From positions 153,884,001-153,948,000 of the forward strand of contig OX597817.1 in the NCBI GenBank assembly GCA_951406725.2: a stretch of 64,000 nucleotides of DNA, in the 5' to 3' direction. Source of the stretch: Octopus vulgaris (lineage: Eukaryota). The first letter of the stretch is position 1. Each line of letters opens with the position of its first letter. The notes below the pieces were generated by a model. That model saw only the letters and a list, made by a program, of their open reading frames with translations, was not told where the DNA came from and made no database searches. Of the stretch, positions 1 to 13,345 are shown one piece after another. A program made the position numbers and the translations under genes.

Positions 1-19
1 GTGTGTGTGTGTGTGTGTA

Positions 20-73
<54 letters not shown>

Positions 74-90
74 GTGTATATGCGTGTGTG
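1..90. repeat. (GT)n microsatellite
   Basis: Near-pure GT dinucleotide run. Confidence 0.95.
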
Positions 91-1827
91 TTAATTCAAT
101 TTCATGCAACCACTTGAACTGGAAAAGAGAGCACTTTCACAAATAAAACAAATTTTGCCTCCTCAAGTGCACTTATTGAAAGCATTATGTGCCAAGACGC
201 CATTTTTTTCTTTGGTTAGTAATGTTTTAAAGATTTGAAACTGGAGTCTTGTTGTTGCAGTGGCAAATGAAACTGTCTCTCTCATTCTCTCTCATTTATG
301 CAGGAAGGTGTGAGTGTGCAGCTGAGTGCAAAGACATTAACGAGGAGCTGTTCGCAATGCAATTTTCTCTATGTCAGACAACGCTGTCAGTCATGAGAAA
401 TGACACACACACGCACATGCGTGTGGGTGTAAATCTGTGTGTGTGTGTGTGTGTGTGTGCTTGTGTCACGAGTACATGTTGGTGTATATAACTGCATCTG
501 CATGTGGTTGTTACTGTGTGACATTATAAGTTCCTCTGTGCGCGTATGTGTCTCTTTACACATGTGTGTGTGCCTGAGTCTGTGAGCGCACAATTGCCTG
601 TGATAATTTTGACGCCAGTTGCAGCGAATATTAATAGAAAAATTTTAAATACATGTATTATTTGTTGGGAATCATTAGCATGAACCGCCTACTGTAAGAT
701 ATATTTGAATAAATCACATGCAATCTTTCTACAAGTATTACATACAAAGCTGAGACGAATGTCTCTTGAGGTTTAATTCTTAATATAAATCACTTGAATT
801 GTAGGCTTAGCTTTTACAACTAGAATGCACTTTCTCGTTAAGTACATTGTTCTCATTGGTTAAATAAAAAAAAAAGGACAAATTAATTGTATATGATATA
901 CGCATGCATTAATATTAATATAATATTGTGAATAGAGTTCATGGAAATATCGAGCCTAATGCTTACGGTATTAACTTTATACGTCGTAAAAGGCGTCAGT
1001 GGTGGTAATGGCAGTGGCTGGTGGTTGCGATAATGAATAGAATGTCACATTAGACGTTTCGCTGTAACTTCTAGCATTTGACCTATCCTCAACTCAGTAT
1101 TCTGGTTTGAAAATCCCATACCGGGATCTACCACTTCTCTCGTATCACTGCGTGAGTGAAGTGTGTGTGTGTGTGAGAGAGGGACATACATTAAACATAA
1201 ATAATATTAGAAACGTCACTATATACACCTCCACTTTTAAAGATGATAACATTAAACCTTATCAGAAAGAACCCCGTGTCAACTTCCAAACACCGTTTTT
1301 CAAAGCACTCATGTATGTATGCATGTACGTACGTATGTATGTATGTTTGTGTGTATGTGTGAGGTGTATGTATATGTGCATTAATAAAGTAATAACATAA
1401 GTGAATAATACAATAATTGACAATATAAAAATAATAATAATGATGTTAATGTTTTACGGTAATATAATTGTTATTGATATTAATTATTCGGTTATTCATA
1501 TATATTTAGCATAAATTAAATATCAAAGTTTTTCTATGAAGAAAACATAAAATAAACAGGAATGACACTCTATATTATTCAATGCCATTGCGCACAAGTA
1601 AAGACCCTTATCTATCTATTTATCTTTCTATCTACGCGCGCACGCTCACACGCACACACATACACACAAACACACACACACATAATATCAGATAAATAAT
1701 TTTAAAAACACTCACACTGTCAACGTATTCATTATTTATCGAAATGGATAACCAACATTTTTTTAAGTACTGAGTGGTTTTTCTTTGATTGCTACAAACA
1801 CTGTTAGCCTAAAAGCTGACTAATACA

Positions 1828-2146
1828 TTTTTTTATTTATGGGCCCATTTTCAAGCCTAGCCAGGCTCATGGACCCGGTTTCCCGGTTTCTGTGGCGTAT
1901 GTGTTTCCCCCAGCTGGACGGGACGCCACTCCATCACAGCGTTACTCAAAAAACAGGAAGAGTGAGAGAAAGTTGTGGCGAAAGAGTACAACAAGGGTCG
2001 CCACCACCCCCTGTCGGAGCTTCGTGGAGCTTTAGGTGTTTTCGCTCAATAAACAATAAACACATACAACGCCCGGTCTGGGAATCGAGACCGCGATCCT
2101 CCGACCGCGAGTCCGCTGCCCTAGCCACTGAACCATTGCGCCTCCA
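1828..2146 (-). mobile_element. tRNA-derived SINE, family C (tail type 1)
   Basis: On - strand: head GGAGGCGCAATGG..GTGGCTAGGGCAGCGGACTC..GGTCTCGATTCCC (A/B-box-like) and an A-rich tail. Imperfect TSD ctgactaata/ctgactgata. Similar to 36962-37260. Confidence 0.85.
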
Positions 2147-2865
2147 CTGACTGATATATAATTACCTGAAACTTATCTTCACATATTTGAATTCTATCTC
2201 TTCGGGGCTCTAGTCACGTACTTCAGTTGATATAAACGCCAATTCCCTTTCTTCAACTTTCAGGGCTTGTACTTCTATTAAAACCAATTATTTTACACAA
2301 AAGCTCTCGCGCTGTTATACATGTGTGCACGTGTGTCAGGTCACTGTTAGTGCTACTAGTAACATGTAAGCTGATACAATTTGTTGCATGGTTGGACCAT
2401 CGGCGAGTGAACTGGCAACCATATCAAGCTTGCTGGGTAAGAATAGTAAAGATGGTAGTTTTCATTGGACACCATGCAGGACGAAATACAAAATCATGTC
2501 AAAGGATGGATGAACTCAGTAGAGTCAACGGCCATCCAACGGCTAAGAAGCAGAGACGCTAGTCTTTATTTAGATATCTCTCCTGGAGAGGGAATATACG
2601 AAATAACTTCCACTTCATTGCGAATAAGGGGATCTTGTTACTGGTAGTTTCTCAGCTACTTGCCGTCGTATGTTTTAGTAGTTTTACCAATGTTGTGCAG
2701 ACTGTTATTGACTTTAAATTTCAGTGCGGCCATTGTTGACAGCGATTGTCCTTAACATTTAGGATAAGATAATTTGTCACCGATAAGCATACTCGTCTAC
2801 GAGACTAGAGGCACTATGTATGCATGTATGTGTATGTTAATGTATATGTGTGTGGGGGGTGTATA

Positions 2866-2903
<38 letters not shown>

Positions 2904-3296
2904 CATATATGTATATATATATACATATCATACATACATAATTACATACATACTTACACACATAAACACGCAAACGCACACACACATACAGATGAATACA
3001 TGCGCGTGTATTTATGTATGCATTTTTGTATTTACATATTAAATTTCAATGGATATTGTTTTTATTTCTTCTCTCTATTATTTTAAATGGAGCCTGTGAA
3101 TTTAACCTTTTCCTTTATTTTTTATCTGTGACCACAACTTTACATGGATGTAGACTCGTAATAAATACTACGGTAATACATTCATAAAGTATAGGAATAC
3201 TCTTGTATGTATATACGTATGTATATACATGTATACATATATACACACACACATATATTTATATATATATATATATATATATTGTGTGTGTGTGTG

Positions 3297-3379
<83 letters not shown>

Positions 3380-3446
3380 TTATATACATACATGTACGTG
3401 TGCTCATGTATGTTTATGCATGTAACAGTGTCTTGGTGTGTGTCTA

Positions 3447-3635
3447 GGCGGTGAGCTAGCAGTATCGTTAGCACGCCGGGCGAAATACTTAGCGGTATTT
3501 CGTCTGTCTTTACGTTCTGAGTTCATATTCCGCCAAGGTTGACTTTGCCTTTCAATCTTTGCGTACTGGGGTCGATCTAATCGACTGGCTGCTTCCTCAA
3601 AATTTTCGGACCTTTTGCTTTGAGTAGAAAAGAAT
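3447..3635 (+). mobile_element. tRNA-derived SINE, family A
   Basis: GGCGGTGAGCTAGCAG..GTTAGCACGCCGGGCGAAAT..GTTCTGAGTTCATATTCC head shared with more than 10 copies in the window. Confidence 0.85.
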
Positions 3636-4303
3636 GTCTGTGTGTGTGTGTGTGGTATGTATGTGTGTGTATGTGTGTATGTAAATATATGTAAGATGTT
3701 CCTATGTATAGACATTTTTATCTTACCATATGTTGCACATGTGTAGCTGATCCTTTATATCATAGAACTTGGAGTCAAATACTAATCTGATATTTTTGTA
3801 TTTATCTCACTTGTAGCCAATATACTATATCATTGCTCTGTTTCTATTATTGTTATCGTTCTATTATTTTTTTCTGTCTTTGACTTTTTCTCAAATATCC
3901 TCTTGCTGTTATACAATGCATGTTGTGCTGTTAGCACCCCAAACCCCAACAGATACACATTTCCGCATTTAAGTGGATGTTGCCCATGTTCTTTTAGTTC
4001 TAATAATGTTATGTTTTATTTAATCTTTTAACTATTCTCCTACCACTTAGCTCAAAAGTATTTTTCATATAAGTTTTATTCTTTTTCTATTGAATACAGA
4101 AACTAACCAAAGTTGTATTAGAAACTTAAACGCTAATGGTACCCCAGTTTTGTATTTCCTCAAATATAAGAGAATGCCCTTATGTAATCAATATATCTAA
4201 CAAAACACTAATTTATTTTGGCAGTAATGTATAAACCTATTTAGAATAGGAATTACCATTGTATAATAATGTACTGTTTGGAATAGCTATACACTTCTTT
4301 TGA

Positions 4304-4535
4304 TATTTCTTTACTGCCCACAAGGGGCTACACACAGAGGGGACAAACAAGGACAGACAAACAGATTAAGTCGATTATATCGACCCCAGTGCGTAACTGG
4401 TACTTACTTAATCGACCCCGAAACGATGAAAGGCAAAGTCGACCTTGGCGGAATTTGAACTAAGAACATAGCGGCAGACGAAATACCACTAAGCATTTCG
4501 TCCAGCGTGCTAACGATTCTGCCAGCTCACTGCCT
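4304..4535 (-). mobile_element. SINE family A, full length
   Basis: Reverse complement of 20563-20794; central GACTTTGCCTTTCATC..GGGGTCGAT block (Nin-domain-like). Confidence 0.9.
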
Positions 4536-5676
4536 TATAGCTATATACTTCTTTTGTGAAATCGGTCTACATCCGAAAATCATATCGTTACATCATTATT
4601 GCCATAGAAATGCGGATCATGAATGCTTTATTCAAATTCACCGGCATCTTCCAGACATTAACACGATGCAGAAGTCTAGCTATTTACTTTGTCCTATTTA
4701 CATTTCTGTCTTGCGTTTCACACAACTTGGTACTAGTCCTCATTACGTTGGCGCTATTGTGTGTGTGTGTTTAGTGAATCAGTAAGGATATACATAAATT
4801 ATAGGCAGGATATATTCTACAAGACATGACATGTTCTCAGATCGTGGTTCAAAGATGTGAAATATGTGCCAACAACAACCAGCAGCCTCATCATATCGCT
4901 TCTAACTTTGGCCAAAAATTGAAGCGCATCGTACACCACCATCACAAGGAATGACAGTCTGGATGACCCTGATGTCTACAATATATTCGAAGTTTTCTTT
5001 TGTTCGTTATGTTGTAATTGCACTCTCCACTTCAGTGAAGTAGCTTGGTGTCAATATCTCGATAGTCTTTTCTAATCTAGCGGGTACAAAACAAACTTAC
5101 ACTGGTGAACAAGCGCTGACACTAAAACGATGGTATACACACGTATACACCTGTGCACACAAACGCACATATATGTATATATAACAGGCTTCCGCACAGT
5201 CTCCGACTATCGACTATATTGAAAGTTATTGGTCGGCTTGGGGCTATATCAGGAGACAATTGCCGCTGCATCGCGCGAAGTAAACACTTTAACGACCCAA
5301 TAATATACATAATATGCATATATATATGTGTGTATGCATGTGTGTATGTATATATATATATTCGTTGTTTTTCCGTCTTCATAGCATGTAATTCATTTTT
5401 GTGATTATTCATGTTTCACTCATATATATACTCACATACATGTCTGTCTAATAAGCATGCTGCATATCATTTTCATATATCAAAATCAAACACATTCATT
5501 TAATAATCTTCACTGTTTTTATAATTGTTATGTTTATATACCAAAATCCGAATATAATTTTCATTGTATCTATGCATGTTAATAAAAATGTGATATATAA
5601 ATTGGCTGAAGTGTGCATACGAAGGTTGTGTTAGAATACTGAATGTATATAACACGTGTATTCGGGAAAATATGAA

Positions 5677-6036
5677 CAGGCATACCTCAACTTAGGTCGG
5701 TAATTAGTTCCAAGACATATAACTCAAGTCGAAAAACGACGTGACCTAAATATTAAAATATTAATTTTTTAAATAACTTATTTGTTTATATATATTTTAA
5801 TAAATGGTTTGTACCTATTTTCACATATATTTTATTTGATTTCCCCCCTTCAGCATTGGCCTTTAGGTGCTTTTTTTTTTATTAAATTTTTATACGTTTG
5901 AATACGTTTGCGCAGACATGTAAAATCGGATAATCAACTGATGTTGAGGTTTATTCCTATAAAGAAAAATAAAACAAAACATTATGTAATGTGGAAAAAG
6001 TTGTAACTCAAAACGACTCAAGTTGAAGTATACCTG
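5677..6036. mobile_element. pogo/Tigger-type MITE
   Basis: Imperfect TIRs CAGGCATACCTCAACTTAG / CTCAAGTTGAAGTATACCTG, with TA on the right flank and an AT-rich non-coding interior. Confidence 0.6.
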
Positions 6037-6808
6037 TATTTGACTTCTGATACTTGTCTTTTTTATAATTAGTGTCACTGATGAAGAAAACTCTCAGGTA
6101 AAGTACATAATGAACTTATATTTTTTGAAGATGTTTCTTAACGTAGGGATATTGAAATATCACAGAGTTATTAGATAAACCGATATTCAAAAGGTTAAAC
6201 ATTATTTTGAGTGTAATACGTGTTGTATCTTTTATTGTTCTTTATTTCTGTAACTGTTTCAATGGTTTAAACCAGGAGTCGCCAAACTTTTTCGACTATC
6301 AAGTCCCTTTAGCCTCTTCTCCTTCTACATCGAGCCCTTTTAGTTACTTCTTCCGCTCCTTTTGCATCAACCACTCTCCTAATTCAAAATATCTTAATAG
6401 CTTACCCTTCTGTACCATATCTTAAATGCGTACCAGGTACTAATGCTGGCAATGTTAGCTAAAATATACATGCACGACAAAATTCAGAAATTCTATTGAA
6501 GATGACTCACTTTTTATATTTAAAATTACGTGTACGAGGATACAGTATTAAACTTTCAATTTTTATGAAATTGTTTTCACGGTTAGAAAATGTGGAAAAC
6601 GCATCATATTGCTGGAATATTATTTATTGAAATTGACGTCAGTGTGTGGTATGAGCATGGTGATCCTGGATCAAGGCATTGATATCAAGCTGAATGTTGA
6701 TCAATTTCAGTCTCAAATCACCTCGTTCCTCCAGGTTCAAGCAATATTGTTTTTAATCAATAATTCTCGAGTCACGATACTGTATTTTCTTAGTATTTAA
6801 CTATACAA

Positions 6809-7029
6809 AGGCGGCGAGCTGGGAGAATCGTTAGCACGCCGGACAAAATGCTTAGCGGTATTTCGTCCGTCTTCATGTTCTGAGCTCAAATTCCGCTGTG
6901 GCCGACTTTTCCTTTCATCCTTTCGAGGTCGATAAAATAAGTACCATTTGATTTCTGGGGTCGATAAAATCGACTTACCCCCTCTCCTGAAATTGCTGGC
7001 CTTGTGCTAAATTTGAAACCAATATTTAA
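6809..7029 (+). mobile_element. SINE family A
   Basis: Family-A head and core; TSD TTAACTATACA at 6797-6807 and 7030-7040. Confidence 0.9.
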
Positions 7030-7418
7030 TTAACTATACATTATTTTTTTTTTGTTCTTTTTCTTTTTCTGGAACAAAAGCTAAGTGGGGCCCACCACCA
7101 TCAACAATTTATGGAATGGTCATCGAGGGTAACTTGTTTCAAAGCAATGCTTCTAAAATAACAATTCCTTACAGAAGAAATAATATTACTTACGTTTCTC
7201 AATTCTAAATATATAAATTCCATTAAAAAATTAAGTCAACTCTAACATTATATTTTATTTTAAATTATTATAATTATTATATTTAAAATATTATAATTAC
7301 TCACTGAAAGTAAACTAAAATGGGTAATGGATGCTGGTAAATTAACCATATTTGAAAACATAAACTGTAATTCTATTAAACTTCAATTAACAGAATAACA
7401 TTTAAATACTATTAACAA

Positions 7419-7420
<2 letters not shown>

Positions 7421-7449
<29 letters not shown>

Positions 7450-7706
7450 CATACATACATACATACATACATACATACATACATACATACATACATACAC
7501 ACACACACATACATACATACATACATACATACATACATACATACATACATACATACATGCATGCATACATACATACATACATACATACATACATACATAC
7601 CTACATACCTACCTACATACATACATACATACATACATACATTCATATATGCATACATACATACATACATACATACATACATACATACATACATACATAC
7701 ATACAT
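7421..7706. repeat. (TACA)n microsatellite
   Basis: Long tetranucleotide array. Confidence 0.95.
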
Positions 7707-7936
7707 CAGTGTATTTGTGTGACGGACGCAACTCTACCAATCAAACAAAACGGGCGTTATATCCGAATGGTAGTTTATACAATCGATAATTTGAGACGGA
7801 TAAAATAACTACCATTTTGATTAAGATCAAAGGTACTATGTTACACTTAGAGCTGTGTGGGCAGTGTCCCTGAAAAATTGCTATGAAACAAATGAAATCA
7901 ATAAAAGCAACAGAAATTTTTTAAAATTAATGTACT

Positions 7937-8347
7937 ACTCTTTTATTCTTTTACTCTTTTACTTGTTTCAGTCATTTGACTGCAGCCATGCTGGAGCACC
8001 GCCTTTAATCGAGCAACTCGACCCCGGGACTTATTCTTTTGTAAGCCCGATTCTATCGGTCACTTTTGCCGAACTGCTAAGTAACGAGGACATAAACACA
8101 CCAGCATCGGTTGTCAAGCAATGCTAGGGGACAAACACAGACACACAAACACACACACACGCATATATATATATACATATATACGACGGGCTTCTTTCAG
8201 TTTCCGTCTACTAAATCCACTCACAAGGCTTTGGTAGGCCCGAGGCTATAGTAGAAGACACTTGCCCAAGGTGCCACGCAGTGGGACTGAACCCGGAACC
8301 ATGTGGTTGGTAGACAAGCTACTTACCACACAGCCACTCCTGCGCCT
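7937..8347 (-). mobile_element. tRNA-derived SINE, family B (CORE-like), full length
   Basis: On - strand: GGCGCAGGAGTGGCTGTGTGGTAAG..GGTTCAGTCCC..GTGGCACCTTGGGCAAGTGTCTT, internal TA/TG microsatellite, tail ..GACTGAAACAAGTAAAAGAG. Confidence 0.9.
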
Positions 8348-8719
8348 ATAATGAATTCTAATGAAATAATAGGTTGCCAGGGTAACTTTTGAAATTGTTT
8401 TGAGAGCTTATCAAAAGATATAAAATGATGAAAATAAGAAATGAATTAAGGCCACAAGCCAGTTTCGTTCAATACCTAATCGTTTTTCAATCTCATTTTT
8501 CCTTTCAATATTTGACATATGTCAGAAACATTAAGTTGTTGGAGGAAGTATCTTGTGGCCATTCCTTTGGTTTGTTACATCTGAGTTCGTATTCCACCGC
8601 GGTCAAATTTGCCTTACATCCTCTGCCCTACATCCATTTCGATGAAATGAAGTAGCAGTGACGTATTCGGATCGATGAAATTGTTTGTCCCACTCCCATT
8701 AAAACTGCCAGTTTTAATA

Positions 8720-8800
8720 AGTTAAGAAAGCAATCGATTGGTTATTAGTTAAGAAAACAATCGATTGGTTATTACTTAAGAAAACAATCGATTAGTTATT
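8720..8800. repeat. 27-bp minisatellite x3
   Basis: Unit AGTTAAGAAAACAATCGATTGGTTATT repeated three times with few mismatches. Confidence 0.9.
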
Positions 8801-9011
8801 AAGTGTCTTTGATCGGATTGTGAAGATTGTAGGTGGCAGGTTTGACTTTATAAACTGTCCACCGAATGGTTAACAGCTCGAATCCTTTCACTTCTGTACA
8901 TTATATCTATGGCTATAGATATAGTTTTGAAATGTTCTAGTCCTCTTAGCATAAAATATTTACCACGACTGCGATAGAGCATTAATCTTAGCAGTGGAAA
9001 TATAACAGCAT

Positions 9012-9409
9012 TACTCTTTTACTCTTTTACTTGTTTCAGTCATTTGACTGCGGCCATGCTGGAGCACCGCCTTTAGTCGAGAAAATCGACCCCGGGACTT
9101 ATTCTTTGTAAGCCCAGTACTTATTCTATCGGTCTCTTTTGCCGAACCGCTAAGTAACGGGGACGTAAACAAACCAGCATCGGTTGTCAAGCAATGCTAG
9201 GGGGACAAACACAGACACAGAAACACACGCATATATACATATATACGACAGGCTTCTTTCAGTTTCCGTCTACCAAATCCACTCACAAGGCATTGGTCGG
9301 CTCAGAGCTATAGCAGAAGACACTTGCCCAAGATGCCACGCAGTAGGACTGAACCCGGAACCATGTGGTTGGTTAGCAAGCTACTTACCACACAGCCACT
9401 CCTGCGCCT
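9012..9409 (-). mobile_element. SINE family B, full length
   Basis: Highly similar to 7937-8347. Confidence 0.9.
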
Positions 9410-9599
9410 ATGTTTTTTATTCTTTCAGGGCTAAGATCAAATCGTGCTTAGACAGTAATTGGATGTATCTAGCTAACACCCTTATACATACATAACATAA
9501 AATAAATCGCCTCGTCCGGCATCATTACTACTTAATGAGAAGTAGGGCTCATTTCCAGTTAAATTAAGTTTGGTAATAGAGTGTGTAAATTATTGAAGT

Positions 9600-10135
9600 A
9601 AACGAAAATGATGGATAAAATAAATGTAGTCGAGCTAACGGTTTCTCACGAAGATAATATGGACGCCGCTCGGGCTCGAAAATTGAACCGTTATGAAAAC
9701 CTCCTCGAGGAATGTGAAGACGCAGGCTGGAAAGCGGAACATTTTCCTATCGAAGTCGGATGTAGAGGGTTTGTAGGACACAGCGTGAGACGACTGTTGT
9801 TATCGCTAGGCCTAACTCATCGTAAAGTCAATACCACCATGACTGATATCCAATCTACAGTGGAGAAGGCTAGCCACTGGATTTGGTTAAAAAGAGACGA
9901 TGGGCGATGGCTAGAAGTATATTGAGTTCTTCATAACCAGCTGATCTAGCAAGCGGGGCCTCATATCAGTGAGGGGGGCCGGTGCGCATTGATGCCGTCG
10001 AGAGGTAGGCCCCGAAACGGCGCGCATTCTCTCCTGATGACCCCATACACTTGCTAGCTTCCGATATACGGAGCTTTTAACTGGTAGCACTTGCATGTGC
10101 AAGTTGTTTGCAAGACATCAGTAATGAAATTAATA
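9600..10135 (+). mobile_element. 5'-truncated non-LTR retrotransposon with restriction-enzyme-like (REL) endonuclease C-terminus, HERO-like, plus 3' UTR
   Basis: ORF 9608-9925: VELTVSHE..ARKLNRYENL..C..GW....PIEVGCRGF..S..LG..EKASHWIWLKR, the C-terminal REL motif set of this LINE group. A GC-rich structured 3' UTR follows. Ends approximate. Confidence 0.8.
9946..10057 (+). ncRNA. Rearranged (non-circularly permuted) hammerhead ribozyme candidate
   Basis: GTC 9997-9999, GAAAC 10014-10018, CTGATGA 10034-10040. Perfect stems GCCGT/ACGGC, GAGAG/CTCTC, GGGGCC/GGCCCC, CTAGCAAG/CTTGCTAG. Confidence 0.65.
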
Positions 10136-10651
10136 TATTTTCGTTTAAAGCTTTAAGGGATATTCCACAAGTAAAGAATTTTAGTGAGAATTTTATCAAG
10201 CTTAAAATAGCGTATGTCGCAATTGGGGAATATTAGACGAATTTAATAAACTATAAAGTTATATGAGAGTGAAATATGAAGTAGCGTTAAGGAACGTAAA
10301 CTAAAATATAGATAAGGAAGGAAGAAACTAAAAATAGCACTCATTCTGACGTATTTAATATGTCAGTCTTACGCAAAACACTATTTTACATCAAATTGAT
10401 GTTATCTGAAATATGGTAGTTGACTTTACTTTTAACGTTTCATTTCTGCCACTTAGAAAGTGAAAGTAAAGCGACCGACTGTCATTATTTCTCTGTTGCT
10501 TGTGTTAACTTTAATTAGCATCAAGTCTTCCTTTCACACATTAGAGAAGGATAGCTCCAAATAGATTATGCTTCAGTATCCACTAGCCATTTCTCCCTGT
10601 AGAAAATTGTTTGCAGTGGGGTTTATTTTAGGCAATAATAACACATCACAA

Positions 10652-10860
10652 GGTGTTGAGTTGCTTGAATCGTTACCGTGCCTGTGTTTCGCCCGTCTTT
10701 ACGTTCTGAGTCAAAATTCTGCCGAGAATTGCTTTGCATATAAACCATCAGGGGGGGGATAGGTAAAAAAAATAAGAACCAGCTACGTAGTGGTGCCGAT
10801 ATGGTCGACATAATCCCTCCTCCGATATTGCTGGCCTTGTGCAAAAATTTGAAACTAATA
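10652..10860 (+). mobile_element. Diverged SINE family A
   Basis: GTCTTTACGTTCTGAGTCAAAATTCTGCCGAG core and GCTGGCCTTGTGCAAAAATTTGAAAC tail. Confidence 0.65.
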
Positions 10861-11407
10861 TTAACACAACAGAATGTGTATGGCTAAAAAGAACCCAGCA
10901 TGCTCAACTACCATTTCAGTGGTGAATCTATCTTATGCTAGGTATTCAAATATACCGTCAATACTCTATGTATTGGAATCCACCGTAGAGAAAGGAGCTT
11001 AAATCTTTAAATGCACATATATATATACATGCATAAATATGCATACACATGTATGCGTGAATGTGTGTGTGTAAATAAGATTATGAACCTGCATTGTATT
11101 TAATAGAACGAAGTTATTGTATTTCGAGAAACTTTTTAAAGAGCTTATATAAATCCTGGTTAGTTGTAAAATACATTAAGAGAATATGTGTGCAAAAGTT
11201 AATCAAACACAGGAAAAAGTATTAGGAACATAATTATATTTAAGTTAATAGAGTTAAGACAAATTCTTTAATCAGTGTCAAAATCAGTGTTTTTAACCTC
11301 TTCACTCTTGGGGAGACCTTAAGATACTCTCTGTATTTCAGGAACACCCTCATAAAATGTGTTATATATCTTTAGTTTTTTTCTTTGTCTTTAATTAAGT
11401 TGGGATG

Positions 11408-11791
11408 GAAGCACTCCATCGGTTACGACGATGAGGGTTCCGGTTGATCCGAATCAACGGAACAGCCTGCTCGTGAAATTAACGTGTAAGTGGCTGAGCA
11501 CTCCACAGACACGTGCACCCTTAACGCAGTTCTCGGGGATATTCAGCGTGACACAGAGAGTGACAAGGCCGGCCCCTTGAAATACAGGTACAACAGAAAC
11601 AGGAAGTAAGAGTGAGAGAAAGTTGTGGTGAAAGAGTACAGTAGAGATCACCACCATCCCCTGCCGGAGCCTCGTGGAGCTTTTAGGTGCTTTCGCTCAA
11701 TAAACACTCACAACGCCCGGTCTGGGAATCGAAACCGCGATCCTACGACCGCGAGTCCGCTGCCCTAACCACTGGGCCATTGCGCCTCCAC
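11408..11791 (-). mobile_element. SINE family C (tail type 2)
   Basis: Family-C head; near-identical reverse complement of 62597-62968. Confidence 0.9.
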
Positions 11792-12012
11792 AGTAATGAT
11801 ATCCAACAATTACAATAAGCAAGGACAGTTATAACTGCCGTTTCTAAAAAGTCTGGAAAGTTCTGGAACGCATCTCGTGTCTAAGCGACTAATTCTATGG
11901 AACGATTTACTAAAATTGAAGTAAATCACGAAACGAGTTATTTTTAACATGTATAAGACAACTGATATTCTTTCCTTATTAAAACTAACCATCCTGGCAA
12001 GTTTCAGTATAT

Positions 12013-12099
<87 letters not shown>

Positions 12100-12102
<3 letters not shown>

Positions 12103-12486
12103 TTATATATAAAAGTGAAGTCGTGTGTCTGTCTCCTACGTTTTAGATTCCTAACTACTCCCACATTTTGCGGTGCAGTTTAACCAATACCGGGTATCTT
12201 ATAGTCGTGATTCATATCGAGCCCTTCTGGGTATTAGCGCGCGTCTACAATTTAAAAAAAAATTTACTATTATTTTTTCCATTTTAATGCATTTGTTTCG
12301 CTATTATATAAGGGAAGTAACTCTCTAAAAATGTCTACGATGAGTCAACGATTTAAAAAAAAATTTACCATCATTTTTTTCCCATTTTTAATGCATTTTT
12401 TGCTATTTTTTTTGCTATAACTCTCTAAAAATGCTTATATAGTCATTTCCCTTACAAACCCGAGCAACGCCGGGCGATACTGCTAG
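12100..12486 (+). mobile_element. Non-autonomous Helitron-like element
   Basis: 5' TC(TTTATATATAAAAG), 3' CTAG, subterminal hairpin CCCGAGCAACGCCGGG, inserted between A and T. Copies at 51299-51694 and 59142-59537. Confidence 0.8.
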
Positions 12487-12551
<65 letters not shown>

Positions 12552-13094
12552 TGGCTTCAATCCGCTCCGTATAATTTCTGCTCGACAAAGTGATCTTGGG
12601 GATACAGAAGAGAAATCCATATTGGATATTTACTGCTTTTCCCAGTTCAAAAATTCTACCTCCCACACCGACAAGAGTATTGTTTTCATACTTTCTTATA
12701 TGCATTTTCTGTTAGAAAAACAGTATTTCCCAACTCTAACCTAATGTACATCTTATCATTTAATGTGAGTCTAAATGTTTCCATGGAAGCTTTTCTTATC
12801 TGTCCTTTCTTCAATCTCTACGAATGCATATTACTTCTTGCGTGAAATAAATAGACAATTTATTATCTACCCCTTCCCTTCTTTTAGCTACCGGTGGTTT
12901 TCATAGCTTTGTTTTAGACGAATAATAATTTGGATAGATAAGAGATTAGATAACCTTATGATAAACAGCGTATTTTTAAGGGCACATATTGTGTGTTATT
13001 TTTAAGCAACGGGAAGAGCAGAATATTAACTGATAGGAATTAATACCTTTGTCTTACATTCCACATTGACAAATGTAATTATATATATATATAT

Positions 13095-13150
<56 letters not shown>

Positions 13151-13345
13151 ATATAAATCAAAGATGAGATCCAGAGATTCTCAATATAGAAGACACTTAG
13201 TAGTGCTCAAATGATTTATCAGACCATCAGTTGCAGGGGCTATAAGAAGGATGAAGTTTAGTAGATATGGAGGCAATTTTGCGGATAAACAATTTATATA
13301 TATTGAATATAACACCTTGTGTATGAAATTCAAAATATGTATATA

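Noticed and set aside
2264-2365. AG/GT-bounded 102-nt segment open in phase 1 (LVLLLKPIILH..SLLVLLVT)
   Set aside because: Good splice sites, but no ATG, no recognisable domain, and 17 kb from the nearest supported exon; cannot be linked
6073-6097. Possible start exon (MKKTL, |gtaaag), also containing CTGATGA
   Set aside because: No downstream phase-2 hydrophobic exon found; CTGATGA lacks a matching stem II and GAAA
8720-8800. CRISPR-like repeat array
   Set aside because: Units are contiguous with no unique spacers; eukaryotic context and no cas genes
10457-10564. Signal-peptide-like stretch KVKRPTVIISLLLVLTLISIKS
   Set aside because: No ATG, no credible donor, and hydrophobic runs arise by chance in T-rich DNA
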